A stretch of DNA of 64,000 bases from Amoebidium appalachense (taxonomy: Eukaryota > Protista > Ichthyosporea): positions 868,001 through 932,000 of the forward strand of contig CAVNZM010000012.1 in assembly GCA_963693365.1 (NCBI GenBank). The letters run 5' to 3'. The position numbers were made by a program, and so were the translations under genes. Positions 1-34,993 of this stretch are shown here, one piece after another. Every line of letters begins with the position of its first letter. Position 1 is the stretch's first letter. Under the pieces are notes generated by a model that was not told where the DNA came from, made no database searches, and saw only the letters and a list, made by a program, of their open reading frames with translations.

Positions 1-822
1 TGTGTGTGTGCGTGTTTGTGTGCGCCACGGGTTATGGTGATGGTGGTAGGGGAGAGGGGGGAGGGGGGAGGGGGGGGAGGGGGGGGGGGGGGAGGGGGGA
101 GGGGGGGGGCAGCACATGAATCACAATGTGTGCTTGAATGCCTGCGAGCAGCTTTCAGAAAAGACACAGCATTTGGAACGTGCCAGGAGCTCGTGCGAGG
201 GTTATGAGGAACCAAGTGATCATGAGGCGTTTTGATTTCCGTCCTCTGCATTGCTGCCTCCATGTAAGCCGATATTAAGGAACACCATTTGGGGCGATGT
301 AAGGTGTAAGCCATATCATTTGTTTTTACCTTATGAGGGGGGGGGGGGGGGGGGAAGGGGGGGGGGGGGAGAAGCAGGAAGGGGAGGGGGGGGGGGGGTT
401 GAGTACTCCAGACTCAGAATGGGGGGGAGGGGAGGGATACGTGGTGTCTTAGAGTATACATACGGAGCGTAAAAACATAAGGACTTGTTACTGTGATACC
501 TGCAATGAAAAAAAAAAGCTAACATGAGCACTTGATACTGTGATAGCTACAATAAAACAAATCTAATATTAGCACTTGATACTGCAAACATGCTCCATCT
601 TTTATGAAACTTTGTTGGTTTCGAGTTCCCCTTCGAAGGAGGAAGTTGAAGGCGAAATGAATGCCATCGAGTCATTGCAATGATCCGTGACTGGGTGGAT
701 GGGAAAGTGGGTGCCGGTGGGGACAACATTATGCATGCCGTTTGAAGTTGTGAATTATATGTGTGCTCTGTGAATACTATACACGTCACCTAGGTGTGGT
801 CTGTGTGTGTGTGTGTGTGCAT

Positions 823-853
<31 letters not shown>

Positions 854-1652
854 GGGGGGGGAGGGGGTAGGTGGACAAAGTGATTGGAACAGTAAATGAC
901 ACTGTGTGTGCGGTCATCATCATGGCCCGGCCTCGGGGGTACATGTGACACCGTGTGACCTCTGCGGCATGAGCATTATGAGCTGTGAGTGCGTGCACGT
1001 CTGCTTTAAATCTCCTGCCTGCGTGCATGCGTCCTCACGCTTGTGTGGTCGTGCGCGTGCACACGGGGGGGGGGGGGGGGGGGGGGGGGGAGGGGGGGAG
1101 AGCAAAAACTGCAGCGCACACATTAGTAATTTACTAATGGTCCATCGCATATTATTTCGGGAATGGCTTGGCGAACTATCTTATCCTGGCTAATCATGGA
1201 AGAGCCACCCGGGCCCTGGGGCGCCATCTCCTTCCGAATGGTCTGCAATGCACATCCCATCATGCAAGAAAATTTTTTAAACTGCTTCATAAACTACTGC
1301 TGCAGCTCCGCACCGCGCATCACATGGGACATCTGTACAGTTTCCTATACGGACAATGGATTAATTGGTTTCAACATTCCGCTACCTGGTCTGGTACGAT
1401 GTTTTGGGTACCTAATCTAGAGGCCCTCCATACCTAATAACAATATGTTTATGGTGTGATATCAAGTTTCAAATTGACAATTCCTTATACCCTAGTGTGT
1501 ACACGCATCCGCACACCTCGCGTAGTTTAAAATGCTTTGATGTCTCCTCGAGTATTGGTACACCCAAAATTACACATCCGAGGCCGTGCATACTTAACTT
1601 GCCACTCCACCAATCACATACGTTTATCTAAAGCTAAATAAAACCTACCATT

Positions 1653-2203
1653 CTAGTAATTTGTCGTAGGTAACGGAGGTGGGAGTACCCCCTCAGGTCC
1701 ATACAAGTCTGTTCTCTCTCTTCTAGCACCCCCATACAGCCCGTGTACTTCACTACTAATCACATGTTCTGGTAATGGTGGGGGATACACCGCGTTTGTT
1801 TCCAACATAGGATCATAAGCACCCCCTGTGTGAGCGTTTTCTCCCAAGGGATCATACTCGGAAACTGCGGGCGGTGTTTGACCGAGGAAGGAGGGCGGTG
1901 GTGGGGCGTTATTATCAATCGACCACCCTGGGGGATGAAGGATGTGAGAGGGAGGTCTTTCATGAACTGGTGAGTGTATTGGGTGGGCCGACAGAGTGGG
2001 TGAAAGGGTTGCTGGGTTGGCGCTGGGAGAGAATTCCCCATGTGCTGTGGTTTTATCTTCCGGGATGATTTCTTGTTCTTCAACGGTTTCTTGGGGCTCT
2101 ACTTCTGGTTTCGTTTGTGACCGGAACCTGCACCCACCCATGGATTTGTTTTGTTAAAATTAGTTCAAACGTCATGCACGTAGCACTAGGACCTATAATT
2201 CAG

Positions 2204-2248
<45 letters not shown>

Positions 2249-2385
2249 CTCCGACCTGTCCGTCCCATCCTCTCACACCATCGCCCTTAAAGACCCTGCC
2301 ACCAACCATTGTCCCCATAAAAACACAAACAAAAACGAGGATGTGTGCGTACAAATGTGCTAACAGACACGCGCACACACACACG

Positions 2386-2424
<39 letters not shown>

Positions 2425-3393
2425 AAACGGGCACACACACTCGTACACCAACAAGTAAGCTGTCAAATTATTCGAGACTCAAGATAAAGCCACACCGCCT
2501 CTGTTGTGCATTTAACAAAAGCAGTGTCTCCCCCCTTCTCCCCCCCCCCCCATTCACACACACACACACCACCCCGTCGTTAACACCCATTACGTTTACA
2601 ACACCATCCATCCCACGTCTCCTCCCCCCCCCCCCCCCCCCCCTTTCCCGTCGTCCCCTTCAAAATCAAAACCCTCCATTCCTACAGCATGGTATGTCAG
2701 TGCTGCCACCCACCCTACGCTCGCACACACAGACACACACACGCAAACAGGCAACAAGCAAGCAACCATGCACACATACACACATGCACGCACGCATGCA
2801 CACACGCACGAATGTCCGCCCTGCCCCCCGACGAGGGGGGGGGGGGGGGGAGGGGTCGTTCCCTTCCCATGTCCAACATGACATCCCGGTGATGCCACAC
2901 GCACACACACACGCAGCCACACTTGCACATTTTCTTTCTGGTATGCCTACACTTGGTAGGTGTGTGTGGTGGTGGTAGTGGTGGTGGTGGTGGGGAAGGG
3001 GGGGGGGATTGTCTGCACTCACCTTTTGGCCACCTCTGCAGCGCCGTAGGACACCAGCACACAGGCCACCGTCCACCCCCACGGGTTGTCGTTCATGTGC
3101 CGCTCCAACCGACCCTCCAGTTGATCGATGAGCTTGGGATCGATCAGACTGAAAAACTGCCGGTTGAGTATCTGCATAGGTGCCGTGCACGTGTGGTCGG
3201 CCAATGTGAGTCCTTTTATTTGCATTGGAGCTACAGTATAATGCACGTATAATGATGACGTCCGCATGATTTTGGTGGTGTGTATATGCAGAAACGTTGG
3301 CGACACAGGCCTCTCACTCCTTTTAACTCTAACTGACAAGAATAAAATAAGGGGAAGCTGCGGGTAGGTGGGCAGACGGACGGGCAGCGTGGG

Positions 3394-3429
<36 letters not shown>

Positions 3430-4447
3430 GGGAGGGGAGGGGGGAGGGAAGGTCGGGTGGCTAACTAAGGGAAAGAGGGGGAAAAAGGAGTGGGGCAGGG
3501 CGGGGGGGGGGGGGGGGGGGGGGGGGGGGACGTGTGGGTATATGCGTTTGTGTGCCTTGGCGGTAGGGGTGACGGTGGAGGTGGTGGTGGTTTTCCTTCT
3601 TTCTTTTTTTTTTTCTTTTTCTTTTTTTTTTTTTTTTTTGGGGGGGGGGGGGGGAGGGAGGAGAAGAGAGAAATTTGGAAGACAATAAAGCAACATATGG
3701 GGAGTTCTTTTTGCTCCTTCGTATCCCTCTGCTCTATTAGACAGAGGACTATGGTCCTACCCTCCCCCCCTCCCCCTCTTCTCCGAAGGGACAGGAATAA
3801 CAAAAATAACACCCATGTGGTATTCATTTGAAGCACATGTGCCAAAAGCGTGGCAAAAGTGAGCACGGAGAATAAAAAAGGAAATAGTGTATAGAAACGG
3901 CATGCACCTTCAGACATCCGTTAAGGCTTGCACAGTGGAGTGCAGCAAGGTAGAATTGCCTTGTGGAATGCACATTTAGTGATGCAGCGCCCCAAAAAAT
4001 TTGCAGTACCAAAAAACTGACGGTCTCTACAGTCACTATTATCCGCTCCAAAAACTTCTTGCATGCATTTTTACTTGTAAAAGTCAAAACCGTGCTCGAC
4101 TCCAATAGATCCAGAAAAATCCAAAAGGCGCATACCTTGAGAGCCACACCGATGTTGGCCAGTATGAGCGCCAGGATGACGAGATTGAACGCAAAGTTTT
4201 CGAAGCCAGTTTGAAGCAAATGCAAGTGCCGGGAACAACGACGAGTAACCCATTGTAGGAGTTCCCTAGCCGCAGAAGAAACAATGAGAGTGACGATCGC
4301 CGAACCAGCAAGAATGGAGAGGTTCTCAACATCCTGTAAGATCTCTAATTTCGGGGTTTCGGTGCCATGGGCTGCGCAGGAACATGGGAGCAAGCACAAG
4401 GGTAGCCATAGCGCAATTTTAGAAGAAATCAATCTTGGATATTGCAT
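1653..4447 (-). CDS. Unknown multi-exon protein: signal peptide and several hydrophobic segments, then a Pro/Tyr-rich cytoplasmic tail
   Basis: ORF 4447-3824 starts with an ATG and a signal-like segment (LWLPLCLLPCSCAA) followed by TM-like stretches. Exon ~3230-3023 ends at a GTGAGT donor that joins in phase (AK-R-FRSQTK) to the CAG acceptor at 2127 of the last exon (stop at 1653). The junction between exon 1 and exon 2 could not be phased. Confidence 0.5.
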
Positions 4448-4889
4448 CTTCGCCGAACAAACAAAAATAAGTGAAAAGATTGATATCGAGCAACGACGTG
4501 TTCCCTGCTAAGTCCTTCTGCCTTCTACGTGCTACGTCTTATATGGCTGAAGATGCCTCTCCTTTTTTTTTAAAAAAAAACTTCTCGTCCGGTCAGCAGG
4601 AGCCACTGAAAACGCCCGCTTCCAACCTAGCCAAGATCACTTTCTTCAGACAGTGGCTGGTTGATGCCACACACAGCACATGCAGCGTCTCGATGATCTG
4701 GCATGGGCCCCAAGTAAGCCCTTAGAACAAACTACAGGTGAACGGTGGATGTAATCCTAAACCAAAAACTTACTGTCTTGTGTAACAGCGAATAAGCATA
4801 TCCACCTAAAAACATAGAAAACGTTTGTGTGTGGCAGTAACGATAGTACCATTAGCATGCACATTTGTTAACTTTCAAAGTTTCGCTGA

Positions 4890-5200
4890 GGCAAAATGAT
4901 GACGTCACATTGCTGTCTAAATATGAATATGTTTTTGATTGGCCCCTACGGGAGAGCGCGGGAATAAACTTGGCGACATACCGCCATGGAAAATGTAAAA
5001 GACACCAATAGAAAGTAGCTTTACAAATGAAACATTTTTAATTCGGACATGAGTATTTTATTTATTCAATCAAATGACTGTTACAAAAACTGCTTGGCGC
5101 GCTTTTGGGCAACAGCTTCGAAAAGACTCGGCATCGTTTTGTCTTTGGCGCACAGCGGCTGTCACGTGAACGTGTTTGTTTTGCACAAACACAGAGTAAA
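4890..5200. promoter_or_regulatory. Putative bidirectional promoter between the divergent membrane-protein gene and ISWI
   Basis: Repeat-free spacer with TGACGTCA (CRE/ATF, 4900-4907), ATTGG/CCAAT boxes (~4938, ~5005) and GTCACGTGA (E-box, 5161-5169). Confidence 0.35.
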
Positions 5201-5303
5201 ATAGAGAGAAAGTTGTTTATTTTCTCTACATAAGGCGGTAGTTTAGGTTATAGAGACAACTCTTTTGTTCTGGTACGCTTTACGCACAAACACTCGGACG
5301 AAG

Positions 5304-20237
<14,934 letters not shown>

Positions 20238-21848
20238 AGTAGAGATTGTCGATGCATGTCAGCATGTTGTATGATGGGGAAGAATGTGTGAGGAGGGGAA
20301 GGGAGGGAGGGAGGGATGTGGGGTAGGTGGTGTGCCGGGGGAGGATGGGGCTTAGGGGGATACAGTTGTTTTGTGGGTTTGTATGACCTGAGGTGACACG
20401 TAGACACATGCGCATTTGTATTGAGGGATGGAAATATCCAGCCTTAGGCTATCTGTATGGTTTTGTTGGTTTTTCGTTTCTTGTCTATATACGTCATGCT
20501 AGTGCTATCAGAAACTGCGACCGAGTCTTCTCTAGCGTAACTACACTTTTCACCATCTCTTAATCCAGGACGCTAATTTGCTTCATACAGTTGTTTTCCT
20601 ACCAAGTACTTGTCCCGCAATGACATCTATTGTAGCCCAAGTTTGCATGCATGCTTGTGACATGTTCGTAGGCCGCACACCCAGCGTGCCAATTTGGGGG
20701 TTCAAGGAAAATGCCCATCTATAGGGTCAGTGTACTAAATTTCAACCTGTGACTTAGGTCTCTTGGTGTGACTACTGTATGTTTATTCTCCACACGTGTC
20801 ATCACCAACATGAATGCGATCTGGGGTGTGGCGGGTTGGCACGTGGTGGCTGTGCTCCCACTACAATAATTTTTAAAGGCTTTGAAAACCCAAGTGACTA
20901 TATGCAACCATGTTTTATGGAGTCTATATTAGACTGGCTGCCTGCCTGCTTCCGTATCATTGGTTTGGGCTGGGTGGGACTGGTCGTGGTCGTGTATGCG
21001 TATGTGGACGTGTTTGTGTTGGTGTGTGTGTGTGTGTGTGTGGTGGTGGTGGTGGGGTGTGTGTGGTGGGGGGGGGGGGGGGGGGGAAGAGGATGTCAAC
21101 ATCACTCACATGCATGCAGTTTCAGTTCTAGGCGGTTGTACGCATGGAATACAGTGCACGTGTCAGTCTTGCATGGCACATGATACTTCAATACTTACTG
21201 GCCATGCCTCAGCCACAGCCACACGTCACGTACAAATGTGCACACACGATTTCGTCCTCATGTACAATTTAGAGAATACACCGTCTGTGCGCCCAGTTAT
21301 TTTCGGTTGTGCAAATGTATTATTTATTGCAGTCGGGACCTGACTGTATGTGCTGACTCAATACCGTATTTGTGGGTGTTCTGTTGTCATACGTTGCACA
21401 AGCTGAACCAGACACACAAACGCACAACTTGCAGACAAAATAAGGTCACTGAAACCAAATCGGCTATTTTGCAGCTAATAAGAAAACAGCGCGGCCATAT
21501 AAAGGGTGTATGTTGTCAGGAGGCCGCAGCTGCAGGGAGCAAGCTTGCCTACGGAGGTCCCACTCCCCAGCTGAGACTGCAGGCGGGCCCGCAGGCAGGG
21601 GTGCGGCGACTTGACTCGAGTCACGACTTAAAGTTACAATAGGAAAGCTCCTGGCTTGAATCAAGTCAAGTCTAAGAGCTAATCATGACGTGTGCTTTGT
21701 TTTTTTTTGCTTTGTTACTTACGGAACAGGCCTAGGCTACATATGATATTTGATGCTAGGCTTTATGGCAGTCCGTGGTCAGGGCAAACCAGCTAATCAT
21801 GTACATGTAGTCAAGCTGGCCCAGGGAGAAGGGGGTGTGTGGGGAGAG

Positions 21849-21883
<35 letters not shown>

Positions 21884-22376
21884 GGGGGGGGGGGGGGGGG
21901 GGGGGAGGGGGGGGGGGGAGGGAGAGAGAGGGGGGGGGGGGGGGGGGGGGGGAGGGGGGGGGGGGGGGGGGATCCGGAGGGGGAGAGAGAGGGGGAGGGG
22001 GGGGGGGGGAGGGGGGGCTGCTAATAGCACTCTACGCGGTATACGAATCGAGTGAGGGGGGGGGGGGGGGGGGGGGAGGGGGGGGGGGGGAAGGAGGAAT
22101 GGGACTGCAGCGGGAGGGGAGGGGTGAGGGGAGGCGCGGGGGGGGGAAGGAGGTGGGGGGGGGGGGAGGGAGGGGGGAGGGAGGGAGGGAGGGAGGGAGG
22201 GAGGGAGCTCGAGGGGGGAGACAGAAACTCTATCATCTGATGTGATTGCTTGCAGCATCATACTCGTCACCCGGCCCCTACCGGTGTGGCTGGGGTAGTG
22301 ATTATAACCCTGGCAAAATGTGTACTAATAGTTAGGATTGTGAAGGATGGTTTGGCTATGTAAGCACATATATATA

Positions 22377-22419
22377 CTAGTAAATACAGGTACCCCCCGC
22401 CCCGTTGGGGCGGGGCCTG
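22377..22419 (-). mobile_element. Helitron-like 3' terminus (GC hairpin followed by CTAG|T)
   Basis: Minus strand reads CAGGCCCCGCCCCAACGGGCGGGGGGTACCTG-TATTTA-CTAG-T, with an 8-bp perfect stem CCCCGCCC/GGGCGGGG. Confidence 0.4.
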
Positions 22420-23662
22420 CATGGGACATGTGCACAGAATTTGAAGCGGAAGAGAAGAGAACATAAAGTGTATTTGGATGAAAAATTTAGAGGCACAAGA
22501 TATATCATAACATGGCAACACTGTTGCCTGGTGGAGCTTTATTTTTGTTTGTAGGGTTGTATAGAAACTAAAATATGACCCAATGTAGCCTGCACACTTT
22601 CACTGACAGGCGCAGAAATTAATTAACCCCATTACTAGTGTACTGTCGGCGGCTGTGTGGCCAAACGGTAATTTCCCTAGAAAGCCTGCAAGGGTCCTCC
22701 GGGAACAAAACGGAATAAAAAAAAATAAAATAAAAATAAATAAAAAAAACGGGAACAAAACGGGATAAAAATATAATAATAATAATAAGAATAATAATAA
22801 TAATAGCAGTATACGTACTCGTACCAGCGATATCGCAGGCAGCTGTATTCCAAGCAGGGGTGGGTGGAACATGACCCCTTGGAGGTATGGCGTATGGGAA
22901 AATAGCAAAGTGCACTGAGTTAGTGTCTGTGTTGCATTTACTATTGCCTGAATGACATAGGTGGAGTAAAGGAAGTACAATATTACTACAGTCAAAATCT
23001 GCCTGGCTCTCACACCTTCTCTTAAAATATTTGGCACTTTGGGGAGGAAAAGAGGGGGGAGGGGGGGGGAGGAGCCATTGAAAACCCAAATTAGTTATTT
23101 TGCAGCTGATAAAAGAAACAGGTAGGCGGAGGGGGGGGAGAGAAGGGGGGGGGGGGGGGGGGGGGGGGAAGGGGGGTACCCGGTGGTGGTGGTGGTGATG
23201 GGGGGTCATAGCCATGGTGAGTGGGTTCACGGGTGAAGGGAGGGAGCCAGGCTAAGCTGGAGGTTATCTAGAAAGGGAGGGAGCTACTAATAGGAAGATA
23301 GGAAGGAAGGGGGGGGGGGGGGGGAAGGGGGGGGGGGGGGGGGAAGGGGGGGGGGGGGGAGGGGGGGAGGGGGGAGGGGGGTATCTAATATACAACAGCA
23401 ACCGTGCTGTGTGCTTTATTTGGCCATGAACACAAACCTCGCTGAGTACTTCCACACACACTTCAATTTATTTGTTTTCTAAAAGCTGAATCACAGGCAA
23501 GCTACACACGGCACACAATTGGCCGGCAGAAAAGCACGGTGTGTTTGTACAAGCAGTGTGGGGGTGCAGGAAGGCCCAGTACCAAACATAAAGCCTCTTA
23601 CTTACACAATCTTCTGTTCTTTTGTGTTTGCGCAATAGTGTGTCTGTGGTCTCTAGAGCATT

Positions 23663-24787
23663 CTACTGGTGGCATTTCTGTATGTGCTTCTTCAAGTGGC
23701 CACTCTGCGTAAACCTGTCACCACATCCAGGGTGGGTGCAGGCATAGGGTTTCTCGCCCGTGTGTGTGCGCACGTGTCTGTTAAGGTGAGTCCTTATGGC
23801 AAACCCTCTCGTGCACCCTTCAAAATGACATTCATATGGCTTCTCACCCGTATGCATGCGCTGATGACTCACCAACGTACCCTTTAGAGCAAAAGACTTC
23901 TTACAGCCTGGATAATGGCACACAAACGGCTTTTCCCCCGTATGCACTCGCTGGTGGCTTTTTAAATCACCTGCTTGAGCGAACCTTGAGGTACAGCCGG
24001 CATAGGGGCAAGCATGCGGCTTTTCCCCGGTGTGAGTTCTCCGGTGTCTGTTGAGCGCAGAAGACGTAAGGAAATTCTGCCTGCAGTTTGCATAGGTGCA
24101 ACAGAAGGGTTTGTCACCAGTGTGCCTGCGGTGATGCATATCCAAGGTGTTTTTGTGGCTAAAACTCTTGCGGCAATCTGGATATCGGCAGGTAAAACGC
24201 CGTTCCCCCGTGTGCGTTCGTTCGTGCCTGGTCATGTGCGCTGTGTTTGCCGTGGTATAGCCACACCCGTACCTGCACTCACACTTTGCCCTTGCCCTAG
24301 CACTTTTAACAACCCCGCCCATCCTGCCTCTGTGTATTTTTTCACCTCCCTCCCGCTTTTTTTTGACACTTGTCGGCACTTTCTCCTCCACGAAGTCTTT
24401 TGTTGCTTGTCTGCTTGAACGCTCCGGTTTTGTTCTTTGTGCATCTCCCCGCAACCTACACGAGTGTGCGTGTTCTTGGATAGGTACGTCTGCATCACTT
24501 CCATCTAAAACCTCTTGGTTGATTGCGTGTCTTAATTGTGGTCTGCGTCTGAGGGGATGTGCCGGGATAACGTGGCTGAGGGAGTAAGGCGCACATGTTG
24601 CATCCCTACCACACACCGGCTCTTGTTTGACCACCGGTTTGAACTGTGGAATGCGTCTGAGAGGTTGGTCCGGAGGCTGGCCAAGGCATGGGTTGGTTTG
24701 TGCCATTGTTGTTTCTGGCTCGAGGTTTACGTGTAGGTGGCAAACATTGGTGGGTGGGTAAAAGGGCGTGTGTGAGGTGGTGGCCAT
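23663..24787 (-). CDS. Intronless C2H2 zinc finger protein with 7 tandem fingers
   Basis: Seven C-x3/4-C...H-x3/4-H units joined by TGEKP-type linkers. The first in-frame ATG is at 24787; the track start at 24859 is a GTG. Confidence 0.92.
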   Translation of the reverse strand: MATTSHTPFYPPTNVCHLHVNLEPETTMAQTNPCLGQPPDQPLRRIPQFKPVVKQEPVCGRDATCAPYSLSHVIPAHPLRRRPQLRHAINQEVLDGSDADVPIQEHAHSCRLRGDAQRTKPERSSRQATKDFVEEKVPTSVKKKREGGEKIHRGRMGGVVKSARARAKCECRYGCGYTTANTAHMTRHERTHTGERRFTCRYPDCRKSFSHKNTLDMHHRRHTGDKPFCCTYANCRQNFLTSSALNRHRRTHTGEKPHACPYAGCTSRFAQAGDLKSHQRVHTGEKPFVCHYPGCKKSFALKGTLVSHQRMHTGEKPYECHFEGCTRGFAIRTHLNRHVRTHTGEKPYACTHPGCGDRFTQSGHLKKHIQKCHQ

Positions 24788-25315
24788 GGTGGTTGCTTGA
24801 CCCGCACACGATGCACGCGAACATGTGTTATCAGGAGTGTGTCTTAATGCGGCTTGCACAAATGCTTGTGTTTGTTGGGAAAGTGACTAGCTAGCCTACG
24901 TAAACGTAACTATTATCATGAACAAGCAGACGGTGAGGCCGGGCAAAAAAAAAAGATGAGTCCCTCTGAGCCCTCACTGAGTCCGGCCGCGTGCATTGCT
25001 TTTGGTTTGGGGGGAAAAAGATTGACCAATCCGTGAAGTGCTAAAAATCCATATATGGTTATGTAAACAAAGCAATAGCCATATATGGTTACATTCTTCA
25101 AATTCCTCAACAACGCTAACACTTGCCAGTGCTCATGCTCTTGCTCTGCAACAGAGGTGAGCGAGAGTTTTTTTTCCTCCTTTTTTTGGGCTTCGTTTTT
25201 TTTCTGCGCTGGATCGGATTGCCGAAGTTAAAAATTACGACGTTCTCGTTTTTTTTCCTGTCCTTTTTTCCCTTTGCAAACCGCACATACCGCACCAGCC
25301 AACACACCCTCCAAC

Positions 25316-31606
<6,291 letters not shown>

Positions 31607-31617
31607 GCAATAGCCCT

Positions 31618-31677
<60 letters not shown>

Positions 31678-31699
31678 AAAATAAAAACCCCCTCCTCCC

Positions 31700-31730
<31 letters not shown>

Positions 31731-32449
31731 AAAAAAAAAAAAGAAGTATAAACACAGCCCACACGTGCGCACGGGTGTGAATGCATGGCCACACCAGCAT
31801 GCACACACACTCGCTGCACACTGACTTCCCGGCAAGCACACCTACACACATGCTCAATGTGGTACACGACCCCACGCACACAATTTCTCACGAGCGGATG
31901 CACGAGAGCCTGTGCATATACATGCAGATATGCTTTAGTGCCAGATTTCCGTTCAGAGTAATGATGGTTTAAAAGGTGTAGATTAGGCTATGTGTGGGTA
32001 GGAGTTTGTGACCTTTAATGTTGTTATGTTTCCACGCGTAGAGACGACATGTAAGGCAAGAGATCAATATGTTACGAGGGGCAAAGCAACATTAGGTCTA
32101 GAACATTATTTGTGTGGCGTTTAAAGAGTTGCCCCGCGTTCGACTACCCAGTGTATAGTAGTGTGATATGAAATAAAGAGATTGTGTTTCTTTGCAATTG
32201 GGGTAGGGCTGTAACACAAAGTTTGGTCGTATGTTGCTCGTGCGAGTATTTGGAGCGACAAAGCTATCTAAAGTGTAGTGTTCCAAATAGATGTATCCCA
32301 AAAACATACAGATGTTGTTGTAGGGACAGTCGGGTGGGCCACTGCCAATGAGAGTGCTGATAGCAAATATCATAGGCTAAGCGTTGGATGAAATGAACAA
32401 ACCAAGCCGAGTCACATCCACATGCCTGCACAATGGCCATGGATCCCCG

Positions 32450-32509
<60 letters not shown>

Positions 32510-32588
32510 AAAAAAAAAAAAAAAAAAAGCCCTGAGCACATCGAAAAATGATGGTGCCACGGGTGTTTGTGTTTATGTGGCTGGGTTT

Positions 32589-32626
<38 letters not shown>

Positions 32627-33129
32627 TGGTGGTGGTGGTGGGGGGGGTTCAAAAATCAACAGCCATTTCATGCAAACCTACACCGACATTAGAATAGAAG
32701 TAAATTTCACTTTCTAGCTGCACTGCAGCTTTCATGGCGTCGCATCGCGTACAACACGATGGGCGCTTTACTCGTGTACAACACGGTTAGAAGGGCAGGG
32801 GCACGTCCACGTACCTGTTTGCTTTCGACTTGCCTATTTGTTCTGGTGTATTCGATACTATGTCTAACTTTCGTGGCCTTCGGCATCTCAACGCTTGCTT
32901 ACTACCTAAAAAAAATTCTCATGGTACTTGGGACAGCGGGTTTAAAACCGTTCGCATTCGTCTGTAATGTTTCGATTTTGTGAATTTCTTCGTCCAATCA
33001 TTCTCTGCCTTGTGCACCTCTTTGCAGACATGTATTCCCCACACCCAACCTACTGGATTCATAGTATGAACAAAATATAACTGATAATAGAAGATAACTA
33101 GCATATTCGCGTAAAAAGGGGACTCTCTT

Positions 33130-34007
33130 CTAATCGATGGTGACGTCAACAAATAGCTGGTCGTCCTTGATGAACTGCCTTTCGCCGTCACTCATGTCTG
33201 CCCGCGTCAGGAACTTGCCCCAACCAAACCCGTTGCTCTGCACACTGCTCTCCTCAGTGGGGCGCCCGACATCCTCAAAGTGCAGCCGTGTATTCTCTTG
33301 GGTGAGGGGGTTCAAGGTCTTGCTCACACTCCGAGCACCCTCGCCTCTCTGGTCGACGAGCGTGAATGTGACTTTCTTGTTGAATGGCCAGGTGAGGGCA
33401 TCGTCAAACATGCCGGGACGCAGGACAAAGAACACGGACACGTTGCCTGCATACGCCTCGCGATCGCCATTGAAGTAGATCCACATGCGGAAGCAGTACC
33501 CGCCCGACGAGAAGTTGTACAGGTCCGGGCCGGTGATACCTCGCGCGTTCACGGCATTGTCAAAGGCCGTGCGGACGTTCTTAAGCACCCAGCGGGTGGT
33601 GTTGTTGTGGTTGGCCCGAATCTGGTAGAGCATGTCGTCACGGAACCGGGTGGCCCGGGCATCGGCGTTGGTCAGTCTGATGGCTGTCTCCGTGAGGGTG
33701 CGCTCCATCTCGGCCATGCGACGGCCCATCTCTTCCATCTGATAAGCGGGAACAGGTTAGACACGGTTTGCATGCGAAAAATGGTTTTTATAACCCGAAT
33801 GTTAGCGAAATGGCTGTGGGTTTGCAGACAGATATCCAGAAGAATGTTGATTGAGTGGAAAGTAAATAGAGAGTGTATGTCTGTGTGTGCGTGCGCGCGC
33901 GGGAGGGGGGGGGGGGGGGGGGTATTTCTTTCTCTTTTCAAATGATTTTATTTTTATTTTTATGGAGAGATAGGAGGAGGGAAGGGGGAGGGGGGGGGGG
34001 AGGGGGG

Positions 34008-34062
<55 letters not shown>

Positions 34063-34962
34063 TCTTTTCCATGTCTATATGTGCTGGGGTGTAATTGTGT
34101 TTGGTTTTCGGACAAATGTGTGCCACAAAAGGGTCCCTGACATCGCTGTCCAGGCAACCAAGCGGAATACTGACCTGCTCGCAAAGCAGAGGAGCGTGCT
34201 GTGGCTCGGACAGGTGCTTCTTCAGATCACGGCGGACAACCCTGGCTGAGCACCCAGACACGGGGCAAGGGATGACACTGTCGGGGCACTCATCCCGCTT
34301 GTGTGTATCCAGCAGGCGGCGTGGTTTGGTCTCCCCACAGACACACATGATGGGGGCCTCAGGGCATGCGTTGTTTAGGTGTGAAGTGACATCCTTGACC
34401 TGTTCATGGAGAAGTGTTATTGGTTGGTCTCAGAATTCCCTTGTATAGCAGTCGGCTTCTTCCTCAAATCTGCACATTTTTACCAGGTTGCTCTAACTCC
34501 CGACTTCAAAGCCGCCCCCTTCCCTCTCCCCACATACACACCCACCCACCCCCGGCACCCCTTCCCTCCTCGCTGTATACTGCTTGCTATCCCTGCTATA
34601 TCAAATCACAATCACAATCACACTCACAAGCCCCCTACTATCAAACAGCCCAACGTTTCTCCATATGCCCCCCCCCCCCCCCCCCCCTCCCCTCAGCACC
34701 CCCTCCCCCCCCCCCCCCACCCACCTACCCATGCATACGCACACTTCTCATTATGGATCAGCCTCCCACTTACTGCACGGCCCACCCCTGTCCCACCTTA
34801 GCAACATTTGCCCTTCCGCCCCATCATTGCACAAGAGAGTGGCAACACGTATGAGGACCACAACTGCTACACATATGCCTTCTCACCGCTGCCTTGCTGT
34901 CCCCTCCCCCCCCCCCCCCCCCTCTCCTCCTCCCCCCCTCCCCCCCTCCGCTCTCCCCTCCT

Positions 34963-34993
<31 letters not shown>

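Noticed and set aside
488-590. ~48-bp tandem duplication (AGCACTTGATACTG)
   Set aside because: An ordinary local duplication with no further structure.
547-1437. Short ORFs 547-789, 1163-1420 and 1168-1437 as exons
   Set aside because: No recognisable motif and no consistent splice phase could be established.
33280-33945. Long antisense ORFs over the TRAF MATH exon (and similar ones over the transposase exons)
   Set aside because: These are shadow ORFs expected from GC-rich codon usage on the opposite strand.
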